Of a stretch of 64,000 nt of DNA, positions 1-15,895 are shown piece after piece. The stretch covers positions 50,406,001-50,470,000 of the forward strand of contig OZ024740.1 in NCBI GenBank assembly GCA_964016885.1. The letters are read 5' to 3'. The notes beneath the pieces were generated by a model, which was not told the DNA's origin, ran no database searches, and was given only the letters and a program-made list of their open reading frames with translations. The translations under genes were made by a program, and so were the position numbers. Source of the DNA: Eledone cirrhosa (Eukaryota). How positions within the stretch are numbered: the first letter of the stretch is position 1; every line of letters begins with the position of its first letter.

Positions 1-752
1 TTTATCAACCCAAAAAGATGAGAAGTAAAAATTAACCTCAATGAGATTTAAACTCAGAGTACAGTTAGCCAGAACAAATACTGAAACAGGTTATCTGATG
101 CCCTAAAGACTCCAACAATTTGCTACCTTTCGTTGATACAATGTTACAAAGCTATTGATACAACAGTAACTGATTAACAACATCCCAGACCTCATTCTCT
201 TGCCAAGTGGAGTGGACTTCATCAAATCAGACCAAGGAAACAATGGTCTTTCCATTGCTGATACTATCTACCGGTTGCAGAAAAAATTAACATGAAATAA
301 AGTGTCTTGCTCAAGGATACATGGCACTACTTGGTCCAAGAATTGAACTCGCAACCGCACAATTGCAAATCCAACTCTCTAACTACTAAGCCACACACCT
401 TCACTCACAGTAATAAATGCCTACTAACACTAGAATAACCTACTGACACACAATAACCCATTAACAAAATAATATAACACATTGATAAAGAATAATACAA
501 TAACCTAATTAATATAAAGCAATAAATAATACATATGTGGAATAGGTGAGTATCTAGGACATAAATCCTAACTTAAATAAAACCTACCACTCAAACAACA
601 TAATAGTAAGACCTGCTTTAATGAAATGTGAATGGAAAACCATGAGTAATAAGATGGACTACAGAATTAACAATGGGCATGAAAGCAAAATTGATTTTAA
701 AGTTAAGAATGCATGTGACTATGTGTATTATATACACGTGTGTGTGTGTGTA

Positions 753-995
753 TCATCATCATCATCGTTTAACGTCTATCTTCCATGCTAGTATGGGTTT
801 AGACGGGAATTGTCCCACGTGAGGCAAGATTGGTTGTCTTGCTCGTATAGGACTGTCTGGCGAGTTTTCTACGGCTGGATGCCGTTTACAGTGTGGACAG
901 GGAGGTTTTTATTGTGTTATCCACACAGCCACATTACAGCGTGGACTGTGTTTTTTTGTTGTGACACCTACATGACCTCATTTATTTAGGACGGC
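753..995 (-). mobile_element. RTE LINE 3'UTR fragment
   Basis: (CAT)n-CGTTTAACGTC...GGCTGGATGCC family signature. Confidence 0.8.
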
Positions 996-998
996 ACC

Positions 999-1070
<72 letters not shown>

Positions 1071-1261
1071 TCATCATCATCATCATCATTTCATTTTACG
1101 TCCGCTTTTCCCTGCTTGCAAGAGTGGGACGGGAACTGATTCTGGCTTGATTTCTACAGCTGGATGCCCTTCCTAACACCAACCTCATTTACAGTGAGTG
1201 CTGGGTGTTTTTTTGCCGTGGCACCTCCACGACCACTTTGCAGTGGAATGATAGGGACCTC

Positions 1262-1418
1262 AGTCCTATCATCTCATTTCTACAGCTGAGTAAACTGGAC
1301 CAATGTGAAATAAAGTGTCTTGCTCAAGGAAACAACACATCACCCAGTCTGAGAATTGAACTCACAACCTTTCGATTGCAAGCCCAATACTCTAACCACT
1401 AAGCCATGTGCCTCCATA
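1262..1418 (-). mobile_element. tRNA-headed SINE, second family (also ~295-405, 9600-9735, 41320-41447, 56815-56935, 57495-57750)
   Basis: Minus strand TGGCTTAGTGGTTAGAGT (A box) ... GAGTTCAATTC (B box) ... CTTGAGCAAGACACTTTATTTCAC. Confidence 0.8.
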
Positions 1419-1727
1419 ATATATATATATATATACATATATACGTCTATATATACACATATATATATATACATATATATATAATATATATATATACATA
1501 TATATATAATATATATATACATATATATATAATATATATATACATATATATATAATATATATATACATATATATATAATATATATATACATATATATATA
1601 ATATATATATACATATATATATAATATATATACATATACAGTATATACATATATATACGTATACAGTATATACATATATATATATATACATATATATATA
1701 TAATATATATATACATATATATACATA

Positions 1728-2125
1728 TACAGTACCTAAATACATAGTAAAACCTACTACAGCCAGTAGGCATCTCTAACAAAATACACCCCGTCCCACC
1801 ACCCCCACCCCATCCACACCACCCCGTTCTATGTAAAGTTATGTTGGTGCCGCGCCATCCAGGCCGAAACAAATGAGATCGTGTAGGTGTCACGACAAAA
1901 AAACACACAGACCACGCTGTAATGTGGCCGTGTAGGCAACACGGTAAAAACCTCCCAGACCCACACTGTAAATGTGGTTGGTGTTAGGAAGGGCATCCAA
2001 CTGTAGAAAACCTGCCAGACTGTCCTATGCGAGCAAGACAATCACTCTTGCCTCAAGTGGGAATACCCCCGTCCAAACCCATGCAAGCATGGAACACGGA
2101 CGTTAAACGTTGATGATGATGATGA
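1728..2125 (+). mobile_element. RTE LINE 3'UTR fragment (plus orientation) between (TA)n tracts
   Basis: Reverse complement of the 3'UTR at ~19990-20375; ends in (GAT)n. Confidence 0.88.
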
Positions 2126-2396
2126 TATATACATATATATATAATATATATATACATATATATACATATACAGTATATACATATATATATATACATATAT
2201 ATATAATATATATATACATATATATACATATACAGTATATACATATATATATATATATATATACATATATACACACATATATATATATACATATATACAC
2301 ACATATATATATATATATATATATACATATATACACATATAAATATATATATACACATATATATATACATATATATATATATATACATATATATAT

Positions 2397-2535
2397 GGTG
2401 GCTGCCAACTCGTTTTCGAGTACGGCCACTACTTTACATCCATGTAGGATAACCCCTACCGAAGCGCTGAACGAGTGTGACTTTTTAGTCCAGCCAGCGA
2501 CTTGAAACCTCTGGTACAAACACTACACCTGTGAC
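2397..2535 (-). mobile_element. 3' end of a LINE with a terminal C2H2-like finger (RTE-type)
   Basis: [19 protein letters not shown] followed by a stop and a short UTR ending at (TA)n. Confidence 0.55.
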
Positions 2536-2940
2536 AATTATTGACACATAGTGCTAGGCCCATGGTAGGACAACTATTGACACATAGTGCTGGGCCCATG
2601 TGAGGACAAGTGCAGAGAGATCTCCAGATATAAAGCAATGCCTGTGCCGTGAAGCTTTTATAGTGAGCAAAGGCACTGCACAAAGCCAGTCCCACTCTCT
2701 TAACCAAGATGCTATTTACCAAAAAGAAGAACAAGTCAACATCATTGGATACCATCAGGGTTGCAGGTGTTATATCAGAGTTTTCCTTCTCCTAGAATTC
2801 TGCCTTGACTAAGGCTAAAGGGGTCATCTCTCCCGGTGATTTTGGATGGCCATTGACTCTTAAGAGCTCCTTTGCCCTTTGACAGGTTTTGTTTTTAGTC
2901 CTGCAGGATGTCCAAAGTCACCCTCCTCACCAAGAAACCT

Positions 2941-4167
<1,227 letters not shown>

Positions 4168-4510
4168 CATCATCATCATCATCGTTTAACGTCCATGTTC
4201 CACGTTTGCATGGGTTTGGACGGGAGTTTTCCCACTTGAGGCAAGAGTGGTTGTCTTGCTCGCATAGGACTGTCTGCCGGGTTTTCTACAGTTGGATGCC
4301 CTTCCTAACACCAACCACATTTACAGTGTGGGACTGGGAGGTTTTTACCGTGTTACCTACACGGCCACATTACAGCGTGGACTGTGTGTTTTTTTTGTCA
4401 TAACACCTACACGATCTCATATGTTTCGGCCTGGATGTTGTGGCACCAACATAACTTTACATTGAAAGGGGCGGTGTGGATGGGGTGGGTGTGGTGGGAC
4501 GGGGGTGTAT
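4168..4510 (-). mobile_element. RTE LINE 3'UTR fragment
   Basis: Near-identical to 19990-20330. Confidence 0.88.
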
Positions 4511-4548
4511 ATACATATATACATATATATATATATAAATATATATAT

Positions 4549-6733
4549 CATCATCATCGTTTAACGTCTATCTTCCACGCTAGCATGGGTTAGACGAGAG
4601 TTGTCCCACTTGAAGCAAGATTGGTCAGGTGACCAAGTCTCGCTCGTATAAGACTATCTGGAAGGATTTCTACGGCTGGATGTCCTTCCTAAACTACATT
4701 TACAGTGTGAACTGGGAACCTTTTACCGTGTTACCTACACGGCCACATTACAGCGTGAACGGTGTTTTTTGTCATGACACCTACACGATCTCATTAGTTT
4801 GGACTGGATGTGTTACCAATATAACTTTATAGAGAAAGGGTGGTGTTGGTGGGAGCGAGAGGATGGAATGGGGTGGTGGGTTGGGATGTGTTTGGTTTGG
4901 TGGGGCCTACTGACTGTAGGTTAACTTTGCACGTAGGGAAGGAGGGACTTCTATAATACTGCATGGCGCCAACGATCTCGATCCAGTGACATTGTCTTAG
5001 AGAGGTGCAAGTGTGCAAGGTCGGACTTTATCATGTCATCCCAGGTTTTTCTGGGTCTACCTAGTCCATAACTGCCATCACTTTTGATCGCCCTGCACTT
5101 TTTTATACAGCTGTTGTCTTTCATGCGCATCACGTGACCATATCAACGTAATCTTCTCTCAAGTAAACAGCATCTGATCCCTCTTATTCCTAATTTCTCA
5201 CTTAGTTCATTTATGTTTTGCTGTTTGTGTATTACTATTACACATCCAACAGAGCATGCATGCTTCGTTCCTTTCCAGTCTACACAGGTCCTCTGCACAC
5301 AAAGCCCATGTCTCACTGCCATGTAACATTGCTGTTCGTATACAAGCATCATACAATCTGCCTTTCATTTTCTGAGAGAAACCTTTTGTGGCCAACAGCA
5401 GTATAAGCTGTCTGAACTTTTTCCATCCCGTTCTAACTCTGGCTATTGTACTTTCAGAACACCCACCACCACTACTGATTTTGTCACCCAAGTAACGGAA
5501 AGTGTCCACTATTTCTATGGAACCATCTGGGCAGTAGAAGGAGCTAGTATCTTGTGGGCAGGCACTTGCTACTTATTGCACCTGAGTATCGGCCACATAT
5601 AAAATATGTTCTTAGATAGCTTACCTGTGATCCCACTTTTTATGTACCCATAGTTGCATTTAGGACATAGAATGGAATTTTGTACCTACTCCTTTCCTAC
5701 ATACTGAGCATGGCCATTTCCCAAAGGGCACCTGTGCCCTATTTTCTTTTCTACATACTAGAACTTAGTCTTAGACAAGTTAACTTTAAGGCCTTTTGAT
5801 TCTAGGCCATGCTTCCATGTTTGGAATTTCTTCTCTAGTTCAATCATAGATTCAGCTATGGGAGTTAGATCATCTGCGTATAGAAGTCCCAATGGGCAGC
5901 CGGTCTTGAACTCCTCTGTTATAGCCTGAAGGGCAATAATAAACAGGAGGGGGCTAAGGATAGAGCCTTGATGAACACCAACTTTTATGCTAAATTCTTC
6001 ACTATATTCATTGTTGATTCTAATCTTGCTAACTGTATCTTTATACATGGCTTGTATAGCTCTCACAAGCCATTCATCTACTCCCAGCTTTCTAAGGGCC
6101 CACCAGATAATGGAGCGTGGGACTGTCAAAGGCTTTCTCCAAGTCGACAAAAGCTAAGTAGAGAGGTTTACTTTAGCTAGGAACTTCTCCTGTAGTTGTC
6201 GTACAATGAAAAGAGCGTCTGTGGTACTTTTACTTGACACAAACCCAAACTGCATTTCATCTAGAACAATTCGAACTCTGATTAGTTGTGCTATAACTCT
6301 TTCTGTGACCTTCATGACCTGGTCAATTAACTTAATGCCTCTATAGTTTCCCCTATCTAGAGCATCTCCTTTACCCTTGTAGCAGTTAACGATGATGATG
6401 CTACGCCATCCTTAGGTACAACCCCATTCTGCATTACTTGGTTTACTATCCAGGTGACCACAGCATCATTCCAAATGCTTTCAACATCTCAGCAACTATC
6501 CCCGAAGGCCCAGCCGCCTTGCCTGTCTTCATATCTTTGATTACCTTACTTATTATACAACCACTAACATGCACCTCTGGTCCCTCTATTGGATCAATTT
6601 GGGGCAGATTATCTTTTTCCCATTTATTCTCCTCATTTAGTAGTCTCTCATAGTGACACTTCCAAGCTACCTTCTTATTAGTATCAGTGAGGGCAAGTAC
6701 ACCATCATCATTACAGACACACTTCTCCCCAAC
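4549..6733 (-). mobile_element. 5'-truncated RTE-clade LINE (RT pseudogene)
   Basis: Same family as 36857-38897; GVHQGSILSP, YADD and FRYLG; frameshifts; (GAT)n tail on (TA)n. Confidence 0.95.
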
Positions 6734-8976
6734 AAGAGAGAGAGAGAGAGAGAGAGATTGTTGAGGAGAGAGAGAGAGAGATTGTTGGGGAGAAGTTGGC
6801 AGTAGAGTGACCAGATTAAAAATGTACTGTGAAAGACTTTGACAGCTAAAATCATGCATATCATTATTACAAAATAAATTCTAATATTGGCTCAAGGTCA
6901 TAAGTTTGGGGAGGAAAGTACTGCACTGGAACTTTATTTTATTGACTCATGATAGATGAAAGGCAATGCCAACCTGAGAGGAATTTGAACTTAAAACACA
7001 AAGGGACACAACCAAATGCTACAAAGTATATTGTTCAATGCTCTACTGATTCTGTCATCCAACTTCTGCTTATTCAAACAAAGAAATAACAAAATAAAAG
7101 TCAATATATCACTGTGTTTGTTAATAGCTACAATGATCCTACAACAAAGTAAATGAAATATATATACACAGCAAAACACAAACGTAGAAACAGCAACTAC
7201 ATTTCATCGCAATATTAAATAATTTTAACTTCAACACTACAGAATCTTTCAACTTGTTAGCAAAAGTCATATAAACAAAGTACAAAACTCAAGTGCAAAT
7301 AATTCTTGGATGTTAGAATACAAAAATGATTTTACATTATATCTGCTGATCTAATGTAAAGCAAGCAAAAATATAAGAGAATTCCTAGAAGATTTTGCTA
7401 AGTTCAAAACACCCTCACAGCAATTAAGCCTATCAAAATCTTCTTTGAACTCCCCTGTTAATTAATTATAGCTGACACAGACCATCATGTTTTCCAGATT
7501 TTACTTAAGCAAAGATATGTTCTCTTGTTAGTTACTCATTAAAACAGAAATCTCAGCAGGAATTAGCATGGTAGAATTGATAAAGCAATAGATCACTAAC
7601 TGAATTGTGCAACCAGCTTGGTATGTTTGATTATGTAAAAAGATTGGATAAGTAATAAATTAGCTGAAATAATAGAGTACCAGCAGATTAACAAACAAAT
7701 AGAGAGAGTGTATGTTATCAGTATTGCATTATTTCTCTTATAAAGATATTTTATCTTTGGATCTGTGTACCTTCTCTTAAATTACCCAGGAAAGAATAAG
7801 TCATCAATGAAGCCCTAACAACCCACTGGGTTGTTGAAAGATTAGCATCATCATCGTTTAACAACTGCTTTCCCTGATAGGTTGAACTTCATATTAAAAC
7901 ATTTTGAAGGTGACAGTGAGAAGAACGAAAGCATTCCAAATTTTAAGGAAGCCAAACTAAGCAATAAAGCATTATTAAAAAACTTTCAGACAACTAGTCG
8001 AAAAAGATCAATTTAACATAACGTACATCTAAATGCTAGCAATAATACCATTCTGTGAAATTAATACTTTCCCAAGTTAACATCTTTGGGTTCTGGAAGT
8101 CTTCTAATATATTTTCTGAAAATCACAAAAACATTCATAAAAATTTTAACAATTTCCTATTGATTCTTTAAATACTTCAAATAACTTCATGTTCTAAATA
8201 ATTCCTTGTCTTTTAGTTTAGTTGGTTCCTTTTTCTACAATTACAATAAGCAGTAATTATGTAATTTAAAAAGATCTTAACTTTAGAAAATATGGAATAT
8301 TTTTTTAATAGATCATTTTAACCAATATTTCTTGCCTAGTTCCCAGAATAGGCATTTTTGTATTTATAGTGTTATCTAGCATCAGGTAAGCACTAATCTA
8401 ACAGACCTATGATCAGAGGCATTTTAACCATGGTTGTTCTGTCTTTGTTTTTAGCATAAATCATCCAGTATAACATTATCTAAGCTGTAAGTTGAAGAAA
8501 ATATAGCGAGTATTTCTTGAGGTGCTCTCATTGGCTCATATGTTAATATTATTTTGAAGTCATATATAGTCATGGTATGAGATAAAATGGAATTTCAGGG
8601 GATATACCCCAAGTTCTCAGCAGCACAACATGGAGACTGAACTAACAAGTGGACTTGGAAAATACTGGAATTAAGCGATTTTTACACTTTGAAAAATTAT
8701 GTTATTAACAACTCATCTCAGACATTTGGACAAATAAGATTTTTTGTACCACTTTGAGTGTGGGTAGAGGATAAATTTAGGGTAAAACACGAGAAAGACA
8801 GCATGAAGTATATATAAAGTCATTTACACAAGAAAGTTCCAGCATGTCTGGAAAAGACACTGCTGAAGTAACAGTAAATTAGCATCAGGAAGACACAATA
8901 TATTAGCAAATAGGAGAGTTGGAGCACAATCAGTGGAAGAGGTTTTATTTGGTATACATATATATATGTACTTTAG

Positions 8977-9196
8977 CCCTTTAGCATTTAAACTGGCTGT
9001 ATCTGGCCAGAATTCTCTCACTCCTTTCTGTTCAAACCGGCTGTAACTGGCCACTCATACTGATGTTAAGGTATTGTACATAAAATAAACAACATCAAAT
9101 CTCATAGATTCGATATTATGTGAGATAATTATGTGAGGCAAAGCCTTTACCATGAAAATATAATAGTAAATATAGAGTAATGTAAATGCTAAAGGG
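8977..9196. mobile_element. piggyBac-type MITE
   Basis: TIR CCCTTTAGCATTTA...TAAATGCTAAAGGG, flanked by TTAG/TTAA. Confidence 0.85.
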
Positions 9197-10570
9197 TTAA
9201 CTCTTAACATCCTGCAATGTTAAAAGAGAAAATATCTAAAATCAGGTTTGTTAATTCAAATGCTTATAATACCTTTACTAATGCACAGATTGTTAGGAAA
9301 ATTTGCAATATTGGAGTCAAAACTAATTTTTAATTTGATGCAGCCATAGTGCTGTTTTATACTTTTCAAGAACATCTTGCTAATGCAGTTTCATGCAGTG
9401 TAGGATGTTAAGAGTAGCACTGCCTATAGCCTATGCAAGCTTTCACAGACTGGCAATGTTGAAGTGATGTATGTATAAATATCATACTGCACTACTGACC
9501 ACTTCGAAATTTACAGCTTACATCTCTGCAGGTTTAACTAACCTCTCATGAAGTTGCATCTCATCGAAAGTTTATTGGGTGTTTTAATGATAGGGACTCC
9601 AGTCTTATCATTAAAAGTAATGTAAAATATAGCATCTTGCTCAAGAACACAATGCACCATCCAGTCTAGAAATTGAACCCAAGACTTTATGTGACTGAGT
9701 CCAACACCCTAACCACTAAGCCATGCACCTTCACCTTGTCATGAGTTTAAACCTTACTATAATCGATTTACTTTTTTTTCTACCGGTTATGAGGAGAAAG
9801 GCAGTGCCCATGGCCATTTATTTTTTTCAGAGTCTCACAGACCTCAACTGAATGTTTGCAAGAGAGTGAACTCTGTTAAAGGTACTCAATGACCAAGTGG
9901 TAGTGTTAAACCAGACAACAGATTAAGTCTATTACTCAAAAACTAAATATTTATTTGCTTATGTTTGTGTAACAACAGGTTTTAATCCAACATCAATACT
10001 GAGTGGTCATGGATAGATAAAATAAACAATTAACTGCAAATTAACAATTGGTGCAACCAAGAAAGAAATCTTACTCATCTCATACAAGAATAAATGAGAT
10101 GGAGGCTCTACATGACCAGTTGACCATCTTCAATAAAGAATGTGGAAATAAACATCATATCCACATCTACATGATCTAACACTCAGTCAATAAACAGGAA
10201 ACTGAAAGAACAAATAGAGCAACAACAAAACCCCACTGCCACACCACAGATATAAATAGTAATAGAAGAAATAACATACTATTAGAGATACAATGAAACA
10301 AGAAACACAATATGAAATAATATAATGTAGCATTGCATAATAGAACTTAATAGCAATATATACACATATGTACATACAAATGTATGTAATGATATACATC
10401 CACAGGTGCATGTGGGTGTATATATGTGAATGCATGTGGGTGTATATATGTGAATGCATGTGTGTACAGATATGACTGTTTACATAGATGTTAATAATTG
10501 ACCATACAATAAAAAATATATGACCAATAACAAATCTAAAGACACATCTGCTCTGATAAACAACAAAAAA

Positions 10571-10649
<79 letters not shown>

Positions 10650-11137
10650 TTGTTCCAAATAAAAAACATTGGTTGATAAAGCAATTGAATGATTGTAATG
10701 TAAACAGGTGCAAGCACTCCACGACATAGATACCTTAAGATATTACCAATAAGATATCAGATGAAGTGTCAATATTATAAAAAAGGAGATACATACATAT
10801 ACATTCATACATACATCATAATAATCATCATCTCTTAACATCCATTTTCACTACACACACAAAAGCAAAAACATTGCACACACATGGATACTCACCACTA
10901 TAAATACCACCATACCAATTATGATGACACTTGCATCACAAGAACATAACAAGCACATACTCTGACAGACCACCAACAAAATACATATAAAGACCCGACA
11001 CAAAAGGAAAAATAGTCATAGGAAAAATCAGTTGTGTAGTGAAAGAATTTCACAAATCAAATCAAATCAATAATGGTTTCTAATTTAAACACATAGCCAG
11101 CAAATTCTTGGGATGTGTGAGGAAGAGTGTCAATTAA

Positions 11138-11290
11138 ACCTTTAGCATTTACATTACTCTATATTTACTATTATATTTTCATGGTAAAGACTTTACCTCA
11201 CATAATATCAAATCTATGAGATTTTGATATTATTTATTTTGAGAACAATACCTTAACATCAGCATGAGCAGACAGTTAGTCGGTTTAAAT
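11138..11290. mobile_element. piggyBac-type MITE, internally deleted, nested in a SINE
   Basis: Same internal sequence as the 8977 and 56950 copies; right TIR incomplete. Confidence 0.7.
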
Positions 11291-14230
11291 CGGCTCCAGT
11301 ACTTTCTCTATTCTGTCCGCCAGGGCCATGGAGCGGCCAGCGCATGGGCCCCCTATTTGCTTATCAAAGATGGGAAGAGCGAGAGAGACAAAGGCAGTGG
11401 GAGTTTGGTTCCTTTGCATTCAGACCTAATGTATATGTATGTTTCATGGCCTCTCTCTTCACACACACAGACACACACAAACAGAAGACCTAAGAAACAA
11501 CACTATTCAATATCACTTGGCTAATGATTTATTTCATTACCCCTGAAAGGATAAAAAGCAAAGTTGAACCTTGGCAGGATTTGTGAAAAGCAGGAACAAA
11601 TACTGCTAAGCATTTGTTTGATGCTCTACCAATTCTGCCAATCCTTAATTAATTTATGAACTACATACCTTCCCAAGATAGTTATATCTGTTTCCATGCC
11701 CAGTTTCATATAAAAAATCTTACGAAACAAATACAAAACAGAAATATTAGATGATGTAACCCTATATAATCCTAAAAAGTCAGGGTGGTCTCGTATTGTA
11801 TACTTTTCACCAAAGTTGACCTGGTGCTAAACAACTAGCATGTATGAATGTCTAAGTCTGTCTTAAGCCAGAAGGCTCGTTAGGCCAGAGCTTATCCTGG
11901 TTTCATGGCGTAAGCAACTGAGAGTACAAGACTCCCCCCTGGACAGAACACCAGTCCATCACAAGGTTAAACCCCCAGCTATTGCTGGTACTCAATTACA
12001 GCTGAGTATACTGGAGTAACATGAAATGAAGTGTTTTGCTCAGGAACACAAGATGTGATTCAAAGGAGATTTGGCTGCTATTTCTAGCAAAAATGAGCAA
12101 GTGCATAGAAGCTCATTTATAGTTTATTGTTATATAGTATCGCAATGATTCCTTGTTGAAGATGATGAGAAACTATAGTATTTCTATATGTAATAGTTAG
12201 ACATGAAGTTTTTATGTCTAGAATTGAATTTCAATATTGCACTAGACAAATAGAGTTTATTTACTTGTTATATAGTATTTTTACTTGGGGATTAATGTGC
12301 AAACACTTCAGAAAGGTATGGAAATGCTACATTTTGTTGGTGAGCATCATCATCATCGTTTAATGTCTATTTTTCCACACTTCCATGGTTTTGACAGGTT
12401 GAGCCTCACCAGCATTTTAATATTTTAATCATAAAATATGTTTTCACTTACAAGTGTAGCTGTGTTGCACATTTGTAGAATGTGTGAGTGCTAAAGATTA
12501 CTATATCTAGCCAGTAGCATCTAGCCTTCTCCTTACCTGTATGGCTTGTGATATTCCAGGTTCCAATGGTTAGTTGGCTTCCTTCCGAAATCTTTGTGTG
12601 TCCATCCTATGCCACCCAGGCCAGGTTGCAGGCCCATCACCAGTTTTTACAGCATGAGACTGCAATACATTTTTTTTAACAGGCCCCTCTACCTAAGGCA
12701 TGAATGCATCCCTTGTTTTTGGTGGTCTTATTCACATCTGTCACCAATCTGATACTTTTCTCAGATCCTCAAAGAAGTGCAGGCATAGCTGCGTAACTGA
12801 GTTCACTTTCCAACCAAGTGGTTTGTAGATCAGTTCTCCTGTGTGACACCTTGAGTAACTACCTTTACTATACCCTCAGGTTAACCAATACCTTCTAAGT
12901 GAAATTAGATAGATGGAAACTGTACAGAAGTTGTATATGTGTGTGTTTTACATTGCTCCAGTTTACTCAGCTGTAGAAATGAGTTGCGACGTCACTGGTG
13001 CCAAGCTGTATCAACCTTTGCTTTTCCCTTGGACAACAACGGTGGTAATGAGAGGGGAGACTGGTATGCATGGGTGACTGCTGATCTTCCACAAACAATC
13101 TTGCCCAGACTTGTGCACGAAAGGAAACTTTCTAGGTACAAATCCCTTGGTCATTCATGACCGAAGGGGGGCTTTTACATACATATATATATGTGTACAC
13201 ACATGTGCATGTGCATGTGCATGTGCAGTCATGTTTGTGTCTATGTTTATATTGTTTAACAAGCAATACTATTTATATCCCATAACTTAGTAGTTCAACA
13301 AATAGAAATTAATAAAATAAGTCCCAGATATGAAAACAAAAATATGGGGATAACCTTGACTATAATTCTTTAAAGTCAGTGCTCCAGCATGGCCACAGTC
13401 TAATGACTGAAACCAGTAAAAGATGTTTCAAAACATCATCAATTTATATCCACTCTTCCATGCTGACATGGGATGAATGAGTTATCAGAGTCTGAGTCAG
13501 TTTTTATTTGGAGTAATTGTCTTCCTAGATGGGTTGTTGACCACGCCTAGTGGAGATACAATTGCATAAAAGATAATAAAATAAAAACTACTGCACCTAA
13601 TTTAAGAAGAAAGAAGTGTCAAACACTTGTAATTAATAACAGTAAAAGAACATAATGGATTCAAAGGTTGTTTATATATCTTATACATGATTCACCTAAG
13701 TGTATAAATATATCAGCAAGTAAACATTCATACTTATGTCTACACAATTTATAAACATAAGTAAGACCAAGTAGTTAAGAAGTTCACTTCACAACAACAT
13801 CGTTCTGCTTTTGATCTTATTGAATGGCACCTTGGATACATGTCTTTTATCATAGCCTCAAGTCAACTGAAGCCTTGTGGGTGAAACTGGACAAATGGAA
13901 ACTGTACAAAAGCTCGTCAGCAAGACTATCTGTCCCTGGCTTAACACCATCACCTGGACCTTTAGTGGAGCTCATTCTATTACAAGTATATGGACAAGGT
14001 CTCCAGTCTGAGGATAACTGTCTATCTCAACATGCTGCTTTATTCTGCAGCAACCCATAAACCATGGTTTCTTCCTTCATTTCCAGCACTAGTGTCAGAG
14101 GCTCAAATGGTCATGAGAGTTGTTCTTCCTACTTTGACTAAGCCTCTCCCACCAATATCATCATCATCATCATCAACGTTTAACGTCCGTGTTCCACGCT
14201 TGCATGGGTTTGGACGGGGGTAGTCCCACT

Positions 14231-14264
<34 letters not shown>

Positions 14265-14363
14265 ACACATATATATGTGTAGTAGAAGTAGTATATCATG
14301 AATTTCAGAAAATAACCAAGAACAACAATTAGGGTTGAACTGAGACCACTGAGCCCTATAAAT

Positions 14364-14532
14364 CAAGCATGGGCAACATTTTTCGACCAGTAGGGCCCAC
14401 ATAGAATGTAGTTCATTATAAGGCAGGAGGCCACACTACTAAAAAATTCATGGCAATTTTGAAATTAAGCGTGTCATTCAGAAAGCCAAATGAGCCGCAT
14501 GGGGCTCGCGGGCAGCAGTTTGCTCATGACTA
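14364..14532. mobile_element. hAT/Charlie-like MITE
   Basis: CAAGCATGGGCAAC...GTTTGCTCATGACTA; imperfect 8-bp flanks CTATAAAT/GTATAGAT. Confidence 0.55.
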
Positions 14533-15334
14533 GTATAGATGGAGTGATGTAAAACTTATAATGATTGTATATGATATTAACATACATATACAATGAAAAA
14601 TTATATGTAAATATCACAGACAATATGATGGTATGAATAGTGAAATAAACTGCTTATCTTCGTGGGATTCTGAGCTAATTATAATTATATTCATGAAAAT
14701 ACAATAGTATGATGTTTGACCAACTAGGTATCTAAATCAACACTGGATATAAACAATGAATATTATACATTACTTACATTTTTATGATTAATCATTCCTA
14801 TGTTCATTACTTGTTATCATATTTAACCATTCATCCAATCCCTAATAATTTTCATTTCTACTGTATGTAACATATTTGAGTAAGATAAAGAGTTAGCCAG
14901 CTGAATAAGCCATGGAAGAAGGTAAACAATTGAAGATTTCATGTGCAATGATGAGGTAGTTTAAAAAATACAAAATGTTGAGACTGATTAGCAAGTTTAA
15001 CTTAACTGTAATACTAACATTTAAAGGAGGCAATGAGAGAAAAATGAGTCAAGACCCACACAATTCTAACAAATTTTACTAACTGGAAATAAGTAATCCT
15101 TGTCATGGGACTGATTTATATTCAGATAATCTGACCAAATATTTCTTTTGATATCTTTCCAACAATCATTACCTTGTATATTTAAACAAGAAATTAAGAA
15201 TTAAAAGAAAGAAAATTAATAAATGAATTACTTCTTAATATGGTGGAAAATGAAAAAAAATTGACAATGTTCACCAATTATGGAATACTGATTTGTGGAA
15301 TGAACAGAAAACTAAGGTTGATATTATATATCTG

Positions 15335-15895
15335 TTGGGGGTGATAGATTGATAGTATTTGTCTGGCACTTTGAGTTCATATTCCACCGAAGTCAACTTT
15401 GCCTTTAATCCTTCCAAGGTTGATAAATTGAAGTAACAGTAAAATACTGGGGGTCGATATAATCGATGTTCCTCTTCCCTTAAATAGTTGGCCTTGTGTC
15501 AAAATTAGAAATTATTATTATTATTGAAAATGATAGAATAAATATAATAAATTGATGATTTGTGTTAATTAAATCAAGCAATAAAAAGTTAAACTGTCAA
15601 ATAAACAGGAAAAGACTAGACTGAAAACATGTCGAAACGTTATTCAAGAAAAAAACAGCTGTTACTTAGAATAAAGACTAATTGCAATCTATAATATTCC
15701 CCTTGTTAATTAGTTTTGTTGAATTAAGGATAATAATGATTGTTTCTAACATAAGCATAAGACGAGAAAAGGGAAGGCACAGTCGATTATATTGTCTTCA
15801 CTACTTGACTGGTACTTTATTTTATCGACCTCGAAACATTGAAAGACAAAGTTGAGCTCGACGGGATATGAATCAGCACGTAAGAAGGGCGTTAC
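15335..15895. mobile_element. Two older SINE copies, tail-to-tail
   Basis: GAGTTCATATTCCACCGAAGTCAACTTTGCC at ~15373 and an inverted copy at ~15740-15895. Confidence 0.7.
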